Part shown: positions 11,790 through 27,506 of the stretch, one piece after another
Layout: each line of letters starts with the position of its first letter
Position numbering within the stretch: position 1 is the stretch's first letter
Assembly: GCA_964016885.1 (NCBI GenBank)
Contig: OZ024740.1
Location: forward strand, 301,878,001-301,942,000
Length of the DNA: 64,000 nucleotides
Origin: Eledone cirrhosa
Lineage: Eukaryota
Direction of reading: 5' to 3'
Position numbers and translations under genes: made by a program
The notes under the pieces: generated by a model
Seen by the model: the letters and a program-made list of their open reading frames with translations, nothing else
The model's database searches: none
What the model was told of the DNA's origin: nothing

Positions 11790-12270
11790 CCTGCCGAACT
11801 AGTGTTCAAAATGGCACACAAATATCTTATATTGAAGTATCATGCACTCGCACAAATCTCGTATATCATGATTACTTTTGAGAAAATCATGAGATCATGT
11901 ATCAGTCCCTTTTTCGAAAGCAATAATTACCTGAATTCCAAATAACATGGTTTACGCGATGTCAAGGACTACGTAACGCAGATTTTGCATCTTTTTATGA
12001 TATTCTAAAGCCATTTCAAAGAGTCTCAAAACCTGATGATATATAAATTCAGTTAAGCAGCGTTTTTGATATGGTTACAGAGAATATCCTGCTGAAAGCC
12101 CTACCCAATAATAGTGTCTTCGGTAAGCTACCCTTGTGGATTAAGTGTTTCTGATGAACACGAAGGATCACGTTCATGGTCAGCAAACGTCCTTAGTCAC
12201 ATCCCAGATGCATTGTTTAGGGTACATTTCTTTTCATTCTTTACATGTTGTCATTTATGCCATTCAGCGC
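11790..12270 (+). pseudogene. Degenerate CR1/L2-type LINE reverse transcriptase
   Basis: Manual translation TFEKIMRSCISPFFESNNYLNSK*HGLRDVKDYVTQIL resembles the lEki...QhGFr..kS..tqL motif. KAF-like, WI..FL and LG..LF-like remnants follow. Confidence 0.6.
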
Positions 12271-13220
12271 AAAGAAAAAGGATTGCTTCAAACTGAACAG
12301 GTAATCGACGGAGTGGAAGACGGCACATGGTTTTAATCAGATTTGATCGCAACGATTATGCTACTAACCGGGGTAAATATGAACTAATCCGACATGAAGT
12401 TGCAATTTAAGCTGCACTATTCTTGTCCATCACGTAAAAGCCTCGTGGCATAGAACAGCAAACGACAGCACAGAATAATACCTGTCGAGGACAACGCACA
12501 TAAAAATAAAGTTGATATAGCCCTCAGGATGTGTTCCAGAATACTTACGTATTTCTGTTCTCGAAATAATCATACATTTAGCCTTCTCTTTGTTACTTTT
12601 GCCCGGGCCTACCTTTAATATTATTTTCTGATGTAGTCTCCTCTCGCGAAATAAGGAACAATGGAAATTGAAGCAACACAGAGATCAATTGCAAAACAGA
12701 TTAATGGCATGACAGATCAAGTCAACCATGTCCGAATGAAAGAAACACAGCCTCTATTGTCTCCACCGTTAACTTGAGCAATGCATCATGTTCCATCAAT
12801 ATTGTCCAAGTGATGTTGGCGTTAACTTTAAAGCCCACATACAGCTCTCTTCCCATTACAACCAGATATTGGACCGCCAACAATAACACTTTACTCATTT
12901 CGCATTTATATTGAATAGTTTTCTACTGATTTAATCCTTACGGTATATATATATAGTAGTTTTTCCAAATTGAAGGATGAGTATTTTAAACTTTATTTTA
13001 TTCTGAGTTAAGGGTCTATTGATTTTTCCCTGGATTTCAGAAAATTCTGTGGATAAATCTATGCCCTGATTCATTTTGAATTGAGTTTGAATTATTTTCC
13101 CACATCTTACATTAACTATTTTTTCACTTTGACGTTATAGTCACTTATATATTATGAAATACTGTTGGCTTCTTGCTCACAATAATTTCTATACCTTTTC
13201 ATTTATATATACATATATAT

Positions 13221-13281
13221 ACCGTCCAATCCTTGCAAGCAGGGATAAGCGGACGTAAAATGATGATGATGATGATGATGA

Positions 13282-13350
<69 letters not shown>
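13221..13350 (+). mobile_element. SINE/LINE 3' tail with (GAT)n, followed by (TA)n
   Basis: ACCGTCCAATCC...GCGGACGTAAAA(TGA)n resembles a common octopus retroposon tail (from memory). Confidence 0.5.
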
Positions 13351-13354
<4 letters not shown>

Positions 13355-13999
13355 TACATGTGTGTTCTGTGTATATGTGCGTGTATGTATCTGTGTATGT
13401 ACATATAGAATTACGTTATAAGCATGATATAGTTAATTCTCTCGCACTGGTATTGTTTCTGCACGAATACCAGCTCGTATATCGGAGTCTTTTCAACTTT
13501 CATGACGCTATATAATGAGGACATTTAGAAACGCTAATTAAGAATATACACTATTTAGGGAGAAATATGTAAGGTGTGGGTAAATACCATTATGTTGAAA
13601 GTGCCATAAATTTACAGCATATCAAGTTGAATTGAAGTGTAATTTTCAATTATATATAACATAATTATAAAAACTCAAAGATAAGCAAAATATTAATTAT
13701 GAGGTGATTAATTATATTATCCATAATATTTCTACAGGATTGTCAGAAGCTAAAATACCATGCATTATAATTGTAAAAAAACATACAGAAACCCTCAATG
13801 CTCATGGTCCTTACCCGCAATATATATATATATATATATATGTGTGTAACTATTAAATCTTCCTTTTATAGCTCCTGGGAAAGTCATTGAGGCATCGTAT
13901 TGACATAAGCGTTTCTAGGGAATTTTTAAACACCGTGGAGCCCAACCATCTCCAGGGCGGAAAGCATCAGAATTCTTCCAGAGAAGGATAAAGAAATTG

Positions 14000-14179
14000 G
14001 GAGAATGGAAGTGAAAAAGGGGTATAGAGTAAGAATCGACCCTAGTACCTGACCGGTACCTTCTTTATCGACCTCGAATGGATGATAGGCAAAGTTGACA
14101 TCGGTGGAATTTGAACTCAGCCGAAATGAATAACGTGGACCATTCTATACGACGTTCTAACGACGCTATCAATTCACCA
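14000..14179 (-). mobile_element. tRNA-derived SINE, diverged
   Basis: TTTATCGACCTCGAATGGATGATAGGCAAAGTTGACATCGGTGGAATTTGAACTCAG core. Confidence 0.8.
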
Positions 14180-14404
14180 TTTATCAATGTTAAGTCTAAG
14201 AACAATAATCTCACAGAAGCTCCCAACTTCTGGTCTTAATGCCATTTGACATTTTGTTGCGTTTGGAATGATATAAATTCAAATCCCGCTAATGTCGCTA
14301 GATTTTTCTATTTGAAGCTGGAAAAAGAATGACTACTGCTTAAAATACTGACATCCAAATAAATTTTATTCAGCTTTTCATCATATACCGCATGTGGATT
14401 TATG

Positions 14405-14475
14405 TTCTTCTTCTTCTTCTTCTTCTTCTTCTTCTTCTTCTTCTTCTTCTTCTTCTTCTTCTTCTTCTCCTTCTT
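14405..14475. repeat. (CTT)n microsatellite
   Basis: Directly visible. Confidence 0.95.
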
Positions 14476-14949
14476 GTCTCTGAGCTCATGGATGGTATGC
14501 ATACATGTTGCATACCATTTGATGCTGGTTTACGTAAAATCTGTTCGGTGATTCTTTCATCAGATATTGTGTTCACATTTCCATAGTATAAGTGCTATGC
14601 TGTCTCAGTTTGGAGTAGTAGCAACACTACTTATAGCGACTGCTAGATCTCCGAGCTAAGCACTGCGTTGGTACACATACTGAAATAAAGAGTGTGAGTT
14701 TGGTTTTGAAACCTAACTTCTTTCATTTGCTAGTTGAAAGCTGAAGGTGGCGCATTACTACTATAGCTCATCTCGGGAGAGCCTTCCCCTAAAGAACGGG
14801 GAACATATGGTGGATAGAAATACAACCCCCAGATATGTTGTTTGGTTCCAATATACGCGGGTTCCAGTCGGAAGAATAAGCAGCTCTGGTCCAAAATCGG
14901 TAAAACACTAGGGGTGCAATAATTGACATTGTTAGCTCTCAAGATAATT

Positions 14950-15600
14950 CACAAAACAGGTACGACGAGGCACGTAAAGACCACATCTAAAACAGCCTAG
15001 TCTACATGGGTATATGAAAAATACAAAAACAGTGAATGACTTGAATAAGACTACCTGAAAATTCAATATGGTATTTATACCACAATGAGTTTCTTGCGGG
15101 TTAAAAAGAGACGCATTCAGGCTTTATAAAAGTAGTTTGCATACTTTATCTAACGGTGTGCGAACCGGTAATGGATCTGCTACATACCTGGGGTGGCGTG
15201 AGATGGATGCACAAGTTTTGCGTATCCCGGGTTCCAGAAGCAAGCAAATCTGAACAAGTGTTACCTAGAAGGATAAAAACCTAACGCGTAATGAGTAGAA
15301 ACTGTTTGGGAACTCCAGATGTTACTGGCTATATTTAGACGAACTTTCCTCAACAAAGTGCACTGGCTCTGGTACAGTCAGATTTGGATGGAGGATGAAA
15401 ATCTGTTGTTGAGTTGAGGTGTCAAAGATTACTGCATAGGCGGGGTTGAAGATACTCACAACTGCCCGGCTTTTGGAATGAGCTATGAACTGAAGCCTAT
15501 TTGGAGGAAGGATTTGTCTCTTGAGGCTTCGACTGAAAGAAATGTAGTGCAAATTTATCCGACAAACAAAGTGTCCAAATACTATATTTATTTGAGGTCA
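14950..15600 (+). pseudogene. Possible highly degenerate CR1-type LINE ORF2 C-terminal region
   Basis: Remnants NDLNK..*KFNMVF, IFRRTF and MSYE...LSLE occur in the order expected for CR1 ORF2; many disruptions. Confidence 0.4.
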
Positions 15601-17982
15601 CGGTTACAATAGATATAGTTAGGACTGAACCATTATCCTAAAGCACATGTTAGCCCTGGCCTCTGTGAGGGACGACAAAGGGCCAACTTTGAAAAACAGG
15701 CAATTATTTTTCAGCTGAATATAATTTAGATTAGTTTTTGTCTTCTAAACGTGATTGAGATTTCTCCCGATATGTATTTAAATTTGTTTTTCTGTTGTTA
15801 GCTGCTAATCAACGAATACATAAATATTTTGGGGCTGTATTTTTTTTTTATATATAAATAAGAATATAACTTCTTAGTAGGGTTTAGCTCATCAATGTGC
15901 AATTGATTCTATGATTTAATAAGAATCCAAAACTCCGATTATATAAAGGAATCGAGGGAATAAAACATGAAATGATATTTAGATAATATGCGGAATTAAA
16001 CCACTTACATTTTGCACGTGAAAACAATTTGTAATTATTTGGAAAAGAATTCATTCCTCATTACAGCAGAAACGTTTCAATGAAGAGAATTTTTATGAAC
16101 TCAGTATGTCTTCGCTTTACAATAACTCATGTAATACAATTACTCGACACAGAAACATGCCCCATAGCATGAGGAAAGTTTGTGAAGTCAAATATCTAAC
16201 AACATTGCTGAGGTAAAATACAGAGAGCAGAAATCAATGCAATAATTATATATTTAACGATATTGATAACTATAAATATTCGTTGTTTTCTAATTGCTAT
16301 TTTGCAATGTTCTCTCTATATTTCATTAGAATACATGTTTTGTTTCGGGGGGAGGTGTGTTGTTGTCTTGAATAACTGCTGTTGATAATGTTTCATGTAA
16401 TTTTTAGATTTTTATCTTAGTATTTGGAATGGATATAGCTGTGAGCATAGACCAGTCTACAATAGTATGCATCGATCAAATACAATGTTTGAAGTGAGAT
16501 TTATAATTACGAAAGCATATATTAGTAACTAGACATGTTAATTGCGTAACTGCGTAGACCCGATTATTATAGCTGTAAGTAAACATTTACCAATTAAAAA
16601 CAAATATATATATATATATATGTTTATTTATTTATAGCTAAATAGTAAATATTAAACGTTGATTTGTTCCGCCTTATTGATGGTTTAAAATAATTACTAC
16701 CTACAGTTTTCAGTTATTTGAACGAAACTTGGTATATTCATTTCTGAAATGACAGACTTTATTTAAGTTTTACATTCACAATATAATTCCGTACCAAATT
16801 TTAATATTGAAAATTTATATATGTTGAAATACTTTATGAGAAGACTCGGTGTTATTGCACTTATTACCATACATATTAAAGTCTAATAGTTAATCTTGAC
16901 ATTTTGATAGCTTTCTATATTTCACCCGGAATGAGTTTTCTCTTAGATCAGATTGAAACAACTAAGATATTTGGTGGTAATATTCCGTAAAGTAAGAAGA
17001 CACAAGTAAGAAAGTGCGAATCATTAAGTTTATAAAATACTGTTGACATTAATCACACATACTGGATACACTCTCATATAGAATATTCTGAATAAGGGAA
17101 AAATCTAAAATTTATATGCACAGGGCGAATTTATATTCCCTCTTTCTTTTATTATTTTCAGACACTGGAATTCGGCTATGTTGGGGCGCTCTATTCACAT
17201 GTCTTAGATATATCTTGATTTTCTAAAGCAGAGATGGGGAACCTGGATGCGATCTTCTATGCCATTCTGTGCGACAGTTTGAAAGAATTAACATTTACAA
17301 CAAATTTGTAATTGGGATTTATATTTTTGTCTATCTCTTATTGTTTTAATTTAAACCATAAAACAAATATATACTTTCGTGTTTAGATAATTAGTACATA
17401 GTAATTAGAATTTTACAATATACTGTAGATTTTAAGAAAATATAATTATGGTTTCTTGAATGCAGCCTTAATAGTTTACAAGTATCTTAATGCGCCTTTC
17501 AACATGAAAAGGTTCTTTACCTCTGTAGTGAAATGATTACTTGAAGAATTATTTGTAAATATGTATAGACTTACGTCATTATAAGGACTGAATATACCAT
17601 AAGTTGACTATGCCCGCGCCAACAATGTTTAACATCTTTCAAAAACACATTCAGTTGTCCGTCAAATCATTCAGTAAATTAATTGAACAAATCATTGTAC
17701 TAGCGTAATAAATCGGTGAATAATCTCAAAAAACATCTGCCTAATTTTCAAGTCTAATAAAGGTTTTAAGGTGTGACAAGAATGGAAATTTGAATTTCAT
17801 GCAGACATCAATCGACAAGCTTCTAATCAGGTACTCTGTATCCAAATTCACTCATAAGAAAAGGGGTACTTAAATCTATGGGGAAAAGACATACCCCCAA
17901 TGACACACACTATGTGAGGAAACTTTGGATTTCATGGTTTTGTTCAAACAGCAAATGACTTTCGCACATATAATATATACCT

Positions 17983-18118
<136 letters not shown>

Positions 18119-18127
18119 GTATGTATG

Positions 18128-18178
<51 letters not shown>

Positions 18179-18332
18179 GGGGGGGGGGTAGTGTGTGATT
18201 CTGTGTGTAGGTATGCGTATGCATGTATGAGTCACTTGCCCTTCTTGAACCCGTAAATGAATATTTATCATTACTACCTTTGTAGATGTGGCAAGATGCG
18301 CCCCTTGCGACCTTGCAAGGTAGCGTATCATG

Positions 18333-19773
<1,441 letters not shown>

Positions 19774-19822
19774 GGATATATATACATATATATACGTATA
19801 TATACATATGTATATACATATA

Positions 19823-20703
19823 TAATTCAAGAAAAAAGAGTGACATGGTTCGCTATACAATAATTTGCATTGCTGACAATTGTTTCTTCGATCTGATAGG
19901 TCTAGAGTTCGCTACCCGCCTGATTTTGCGTTAATCGATCTCCAATACTTTGTTTATAACCAGTCGTTTTCATCGGAGCACGGGAAAGTGAAGAATATAC
20001 ACAAGGCATGGCTTTTATACCGGAGTGGTATAAAACCAGAACAATAATATCAATAATAAGATAAAATAACTAGATAGTGAATAGTTAAAATAATAACATC
20101 AATATAAGCAAGAAATAGAGTAAAATGATGAATCTAGCATGTTAAACGAACTGATATTATACAGATGTATGAAATTGACATGTGAAAACTGCTATAGAGT
20201 ACGTTAGATATAGTGTTAAGGTGTTAAGGTGGGGTCAAGATTTATGATAAATCTTGACCCCAAGTACATTTTAGTGGTCACTGTTATATCTCCGCTACCT
20301 TAATACTATATCTAACGTACCCTATAGCAGTTTTCACATGTCAACTTCATACATCTGTATAATATCAGTTCGTTTAACATGCTAGATTCATCATTATACT
20401 CTATTTCTTACTTATATTGATGTTATTATTTTAACTATTCACTATCTAGTTATTTTATTTTATTATTGATATTATTGTTCTGGTTTCATACCACTCCTGT
20501 ATAAAAGCCTTGCCTTGTGTATATTCTTCACTTTCGCGTGCTCCAATGAAAACGACTGGTTATAAACAAAGTATGGGAGATCGATTGACGCAAAATCAGA
20601 CGGGTAGCGAACTCTAGACCCACCATATCGAAGAAACAGTTGTCAGTAATGTGAATAAAGCATTATTGTATAGCGAACCATGTCACTCTTTTTTCTTGAA
20701 TTA
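19823..20703. repeat. About 400-bp inverted repeat with central 31-bp hairpin; pLTR-like
   Basis: 19823-20225 is the reverse complement of about 20295-20703. GGGGTCAAGATTTAT-g-ATAAATCTTGACCCC lies at 20231-20261. Confidence 0.9.
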
Positions 20704-20922
20704 TTATTACTCCAAGTATAAACTACATAGAAATCACCGTGAACTCGCAGCATCACTATGGAAACGTCTTGAGTCAAACTAAGCTACACGTTAATACGAT
20801 CTACTACACGGAGTACTCTAACTGGACTACATCTAAGTGGACTGCCTATAACGATAACCTGTTATCCTGTATATATATACACACACACCTTTTTATATAT
20901 TTATATATATATAAATATATAT

Positions 20923-21000
<78 letters not shown>

Positions 21001-21004
<4 letters not shown>

Positions 21005-23312
21005 AATAAATTAAAAGGTGGTTAAATATGTTCCATATATTTTATTATGCGCATTTCGAAAATAACATCATCCTTGGACATATATTGCGTTCTCATCAGA
21101 TAAAAATAAGGTACCATGATATGAGGCCTAAAAACACTTGTGAGCAAGAAAGTATCCAATCAACATATGACAAAAATATAAGAGAAGATAAAAAATAGGA
21201 AAAATGAAGAAAAGGAAAGAAGAAGGAAAAAGGAAAACGAAATAGAAGAGAGGAAAAAAGAAAGAAAGAAGGGGGAGAGAGAAATAGAAAGAGAGAGAGA
21301 GAGAGAGAGAGAGATACTTTTGATCGGGAACGCTATACAAAATGAAAAAACAGCTGTGAATAACGGCTAAAAAAAATAATAAAAAGGAAGAAATAAAGAA
21401 ATAAATTGATGACGTGAATGAGTTAATATTACAAATATTAGATGTGTAGAATATAGAATCTGGGTATATTATTTAATATTGAGTTTGAATACTAAAAATT
21501 GGATTAAGAAGTGTAAAAATGTATTAATAAAATAAAATAAAATAAAATAAAATAAAATAAAATAAAATAAAATGAAATGAAATAAAATTAAAATAAAATT
21601 AAAAATAATTATAATAATCATAAAAAAAGGTTTTTTAAAAATAAAATAAAATAAAATAAGGTAGACTCGAATAAAAAATAAAAATAAGAATAGTCTATCT
21701 ATGTCAAAATTAAAAATTACTATTAAAAATGTATATATGTGGGGTATAGTATTTAATTATTATTTTAAATCAACAAGTAAATAAAGGAAATTGCTAGAAA
21801 GGTTATAAACGTAGAAAGACATATGACGTCATAGATTGTTTACAAAATCTACGAAGGTTTGAACGAAAAAATTTACGTCAATAGAGAAAGAAGGTGAAAG
21901 GCTTATAAAATGCAAAGAAAAGAGGATTAATACATTGTAGAATATAATGAAATAGGTGAGACAAAATGTGTGAAAAGATATATGTATAAAAATATATGTG
22001 TAGAAAAAAAAATAACCGTTATTCGTAGAATAAATTATAGCACATTAGCTGTATACTTTGTGAAAGGTCTTAAAAGATTTATGAATACAGAGCAAATAAA
22101 TCCGTACGTCTATTTATTAAAGTGTTGAAATTCGAGATAATGGTAAATTTTTCAGCTAGACATAAATTACAAACCCTAGATATGTAAGCATTGGAGTAAG
22201 GTACAGCGTTGCAAATTTTACGCCAAGAGATTTCGTAATTAATGTTTTTGTATTTTAAGGACCAAATAAGTTCTGAGAGTGCGGTGATGGTCATTTTAAG
22301 TGGATATTTAAATGTAGAAGAATGGTTATAGAGCCTAGCTTTAAAAGAAGTAGAAGTAGAGCCATTGTAGGTATATGTATTGGTACTATTTACCACTTTA
22401 CATTCTTATATTAGGTTTTTATCGAGAGAGAAATTACTAAGAGGAAAATTAGTTCTAATAGGGCAGTTGCATTTACGATTAAGATTATTAACATAGTTAT
22501 TTACCAGTGGCCCAGGATTATTTATAATAGGAACAGAGGTGGTGGAATTAGCTAAAGTAGGTGCTAAAGTTTCCTGATTTACATTACTATTTGAAGCAGT
22601 CCTCAAAGATACGTTTGACGTCGTATTTATATTTATGTTATTTTGCCTAGAGTTTACATTGATGTCGGGCCTTAGAGAGTTATTATTATGACTCTCATGG
22701 TTGGATGCATATGAGTTATTATTTAATATTTTAGAATTATGTCATGAGATAATTTTAGAAATGTTGGAAGTTGTGGAATATGAGAATTTAATGGTATGCT
22801 TATTAAATATGTGAAGGGCGGGAGCTGTTATCTAAAGCCCTAAAAAATAATTTAGGGATATTACTAATAAGTGAAAGAGGGAAGGGAGCGTTGTACCAAA
22901 GGATATTTTTATATCTCGGACTCCTCTTTGCTTATAACTGGCTACATTACTATAAGTTCTGCCAAGATTAGTTTCCTTAGTGTATTTAATTTTGTCTGCA
23001 TATCCAGCCCTAGATAACGTATTATTACTCTTTCTGTCTGCTTCTTCTTTCTTTCTTTTTTCCTCTATTTCCTTTCTATTTCTTGTTCTTTTTCCTTCTT
23101 CTTTCCTTTTCTATATTTTTCCTATTTTTTCTCTTCTCTTATATTTTTGTCATATGTTGACTGGACACTTTCTTGCTCACAAGTGTTTTTAGGCCTCATA
23201 TCATGTTCCCTTAATTTATCTGATGAGAACACATTTTTGTCCCAGGATGATGTTGTTTTCGAAATGCGCATAACATTTATGGAACTTTTTTAACCATCTA
23301 TTAATTTCTTTA
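21001..23312 (-). mobile_element. 5'-truncated PLE (GIY-YIG remnant) with inverted pLTR
   Basis: Minus ORFs contain RKCNCPIR and YTYNGSTSTSFKARLYNH...CNLCLAEK. 21001-21270 and 23040-23312 are inverted copies, each with an HHR. Confidence 0.9.
21040..21105 (-). ncRNA. Hammerhead ribozyme with enlarged stem II (inverted copy 23215-23278, + strand)
   Basis: TTTTAT-CTGATGA-GAA...TTC-GAAA-T-gcgc-A-TA-ATAAAA. Stem I is 6 bp, with palindromic TGCGCA. Confidence 0.75.
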
Positions 23313-23425
23313 TATATACTACAGTTCTACCAACTGCCGAATGCTACTTATCTGATATAAGCATAGTTTTATTGTTCTACAATATTACTCACCTCCTACA
23401 TTATATATATATATGTATATATATA

Positions 23426-23495
<70 letters not shown>

Positions 23496-23500
<5 letters not shown>

Positions 23501-25680
23501 GTGGTTACACAACAGTTAGTTCACCATACCGAGAACAATTGTTTCACATTAGCGGATCCTCAGCTCGTAATGGACAAGGTTATACGGAACAGGAAGGACA
23601 ACCGTACGAACACGCATGCGCAGAAATCACTTCACACAGGCAATACTAAATTGTGTGCGAGAGGTGTAAGGGAGATAACAGCGAAAGTCCGAAACTTTCT
23701 AGTTGATGAGAAAATAAGGATGTTGTTGTAATTCAATCCGGACATTTGTAGTTATGTAAGAGGTGTTTCCAGACGTGTAGACAACGCGTGAATCATTCAT
23801 TTCTCGTGTTTAGGCAATCACTATTGCGTAATTTCTTTAGAATATTTATTCGTTCATCAATAGATAGTCCACACGACGGATTGCCCCTTGCGTATGGCTT
23901 GGACCTAGTGATGGCTTTCCATTGAGTGTATTAGTCTATACATGAGTCCTTGAGGGATCATACTTGGTTCGCAAGTTTCGTGGATGAACGTCTGTCCGAG
24001 TACCTAAAGGTAGACTGGTGGTTCAGGAAGCGTTCCTTAAATCTGCCCTCCGCCATACCCACATTTGATTTGACCTCCTGTGGTTGATTTGGTCGGTTGG
24101 AAGTGGCCACAGCTTTAAAACTACAGCGGATGTGTTGCATTGCTGTTGAAGGGGACAAGCTTCAAGCTTACGGCAAGAGCACCCTGGTACGGGTGTTGCT
24201 CTTAGGGCTGTTGGTGATTTGGGCCTCCATGTTCTTAGCGCAGGAGTATCCTAGTTTTACTTTGTGTCGGTTAAAAATGGAGCGGTATTTATGACCTATG
24301 GGAAAGTCTCTATCTAACAGGGCTAGAAACGTGTTGCCTACATTGGTTTTAACGTTGAGTGAGAAGGGAAGAGAGAACCAGATAGTTTGTCTATTGTTAA
24401 GCTTTCTTTTCTTATTGCTGTTGTTGTTCGTGGGAGAGTAAGTGATAGGTTGCGAGAAGCCGCTGTTAGCTAACGCCGTGTTATAGTAGGGTGCCGCCCT
24501 GTCAAAGATAGACTTATTAGAGGAGAGGTTTGAGATTCTAGTACTGATATTATTTACGAAGTTTCTAAAAACAGTGGGAGGGTGGCATGAGTCCTTCTGA
24601 ATGTAATTGAGTTTTTCGTTTAGCTTATGGCAGGGTCTGTAGGTGTGTGTGCGAAGGTCTAAATTAATGTCTAAGAAATCTACGCTAGAGAGGTTGGTAG
24701 CTACTGTTATCCAAAGTCCTAACTCGTTGAAGGTAGAAGCTAAGTCTTTTTTCATACCGGTCGAGGTCGTCACCACATTTATGGCTCGATAAGGTCAGTC
24801 CATCGTCGAGGTATATTCCGGTGTGGAAGTCCGGGAATCTAACACGTAATATGTCTAAAATAAATAGGCAAATCAAGTCGCATACGTCAGCACTGTCAAA
24901 CGATCCCATGGGGACGTCGAATAGGACTGAAGTTGTTGAAGAGCAGGGTTTTCCGGCAGAGAGCGATGATTTCCCTGTCTAAACCATCGACGGTAGTGTA
25001 AGTGGTAGCAAACTCCAACGCTTTGTTTCAACAGGGTCTCTGAGATCGAGGGGTAAAAATCAATAATGTCAAACTGTGTGAACTTCGCTTTTTTGTTTCA
25101 CCTTAGTAGATCCTCAGCTCGTAATGGACATGGTTATACGGAAGCGGGAGGAAAACCGTACGAACGCGCATGCGCAGAAACGATCACTTCACACAGGCAA
25201 TAGCGTGAGAGAGCTGTAAGGGAGATAACTGCGAAAGTCCGAAAGTTTCTAGTTGATAAGAAAATTAGGATGTTGTAATTCAATCCGGAGCAATGTAGTC
25301 ATATAAGAGGTGTTTCCAGGCCTGTGGACAAAGTGTGAAGAATTCATTTCTCGTGTTTAGGAAATCACTGTTGCGTAAGCTTCACACGTTGTCCGCACGT
25401 CTGGAAACACTTCTTACATAATAACAAAGCTCCGGATTGAATTACAACATCCTAATTTTCTTATCAACTAGAAACTTTCGGACTTTCGAAGTTATCTCCC
25501 GTACACATCTCGCACGCAATTCAGTATTGCCTGTGTGAAGTGATCCTTTATGCGCATGCGCGTACGTACGGTTGTCCTTCCTGTTCCGTATAACCATGTC
25601 CATTACGAGCTGAGGATCCGCTAAGGTGAAACAATTGTTCTCGGTATGGTGAACTAACTGTTGTATAACCACTTCTACCT
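23496..25680 (-). mobile_element. PLE (RT + GIY-YIG pseudogene) with tandem and inverted pLTRs
   Basis: RT motifs FTQFDIIDFYPSI, PMGSFDSADVCDL, IYLDDGL and VDFLDINLDL; GIY-YIG remnant VGMAEGRFKERFLNH. pLTRs at 23496-23835, 25094-25382 (direct) and 25383-25677 (inverted). Confidence 0.93.
25606..25643 (+). ncRNA. Hammerhead ribozyme (copies 23530-23567 and truncated 25094-25121 on - strand)
   Basis: CGAG-CTGAGGA-tCC-gctaa-GGt-GAAAC-aatt-GTT-CTCG. Confidence 0.8.
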
Positions 25681-25759
25681 AACTCGCCCCATGGACTGAG
25701 TGCTCTACCACTACGGATATTACCTTCCAGTGTTCTACCACTATATATATATATATATA

Positions 25760-26634
25760 TTCATTAGTTAAGCAAAACAAGACCACAAATTTCACAAGGA
25801 AGACATTATTAAAAGATTGTCAACATATTTTAGTTTGATGTAAGGAATGTAGAGAATAATAATAACAATATTAATAATAAAAATGTGCGTTTACAATTGT
25901 TTCGCTATTCCATATAATATTTATGGATCAAATGACAATATATCATTATTGATCTGGTTCAGTTGAAAATAATTAACATAGTTAAAGACAGAGCGGCTCA
26001 TCGGAACTTCAAAGGAATATGAATTAAAATAAGGAAAGAATGTTACATAATGTAATGTTCCATATATTGGTATTTCACTATGGTGTCCTGGGTGTATCAA
26101 TTGTTTGCCATAATCAAGCAGTATTCTTCTGTCGAGGCTGCATTGTGTGAGATCTGCCTATGGGTAACAAGATAGCCGCAAATGGACATATTTACCTTAC
26201 TAATTAGAGGGTGGTCTCAGGGGAAGTAACTCCTCGAGAGATTAGAAATTGTGGGTAGTTTATAGTTAAGTGCTAATTTTAAAATTTTAATTGAGAAACT
26301 ATGTAAGTTAGTTATAGCTATTTAACTTATTAGCTGCATTACATTATGTAACATTCTTTCCTTATTTTAATTTATATTCCTTTAAAGTTCCGATGACACG
26401 CTCTCTCTTTAACTATGTTAATTATTTTCAACTGAACCAGATAAATAATGATATATAGTCATTTGATCCAGAAATATTATATGGAGTAGCGAAACAATTG
26501 TAAATGGACATTATTATTATTAATATTATTATTCTTATTCTCTACATTCCTTACATCAAACTAAAATATGTTGACAATCTTTTAATAATGTCTTCCTTGT
26601 GAAAGTTGTGGTCTTGTTTTCCTTAGCTAATGAA
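25760..26634. repeat. About 300-bp inverted repeat, pLTR-like
   Basis: 25760-26056 is the reverse complement of 26337-26634. It contains a GAAAC-aatt-GTA half-hammerhead. Confidence 0.88.
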
Positions 26635-26815
26635 TATTTCCAGCTCTGTGCGCCTAACTTCTGCATGAACCCAGCCACCTAGCTCCTTTCCACTGCATAT
26701 TGCACATACAGCACATGCCTTTACGCTTTGGCCTCTAACTATTTCACCAATCTCTCCTCTACTATCTCCTCTCCTATCTCCATCTCTCTCTTTAAGATTG
26801 GTTACACTTGAACTG

Positions 26816-26884
<69 letters not shown>

Positions 26885-26963
26885 CGAAGGAAATGTGGTA
26901 AGGAACCAGGTGGACCATAACGCACCAAAGTACTCAATACTTAGGGTAGTAGAGTGGGTAGTT

Positions 26964-27043
<80 letters not shown>

Positions 27044-27360
27044 TATATATATATACTTTAGAGTAAAGCATGTCCAGAGAATTATTTGATAATATATATA
27101 CATCATCACTACTCCCAATCAGCATAATTAACCACTCAAAAAAATCAATTAGACCAGGCTATAAGAATAAAAGGCATCTATGAAGAAACAGTAAATAAAT
27201 ACGCCACAGCGGCGTCTTCGCGTCCAACCGCTATAGAATATTTACCCAGCATTTCAACAGCACGTGGAATTTAATTAAATATACGGCCAACCAAACATAA
27301 TTAGGTAAAATTAAAGGTAGAAATGCTTAGATACATACCAGGATTAAATCACTAAATTAC

Positions 27361-27415
27361 GACCCATGGGTTTCGCTCACTTTTGGGATAAATCTCGAGT
27401 TTTAGAGCTCTTCAG
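27361..27415 (-). ncRNA. Hammerhead core with enlarged stem II
   Basis: CTGAAGA-GCTC...GAGC-GAAAC-CCATGG-GTC. The core is intact and stem III is palindromic; stem I is not paired. Confidence 0.6.
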
Positions 27416-27434
27416 TGGACACACACGCTAGTAC

Positions 27435-27504
<70 letters not shown>

Positions 27505-27506
<2 letters not shown>

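Noticed and set aside
12400-12900. Possible Harbinger transposase remnant (IDGT-like on - strand)
   Set aside because: Only one short motif; too degenerate to support.
17140-17300. Strong polypyrimidine-AG acceptor
   Set aside because: The frames checked close quickly and no donor or homology is evident.
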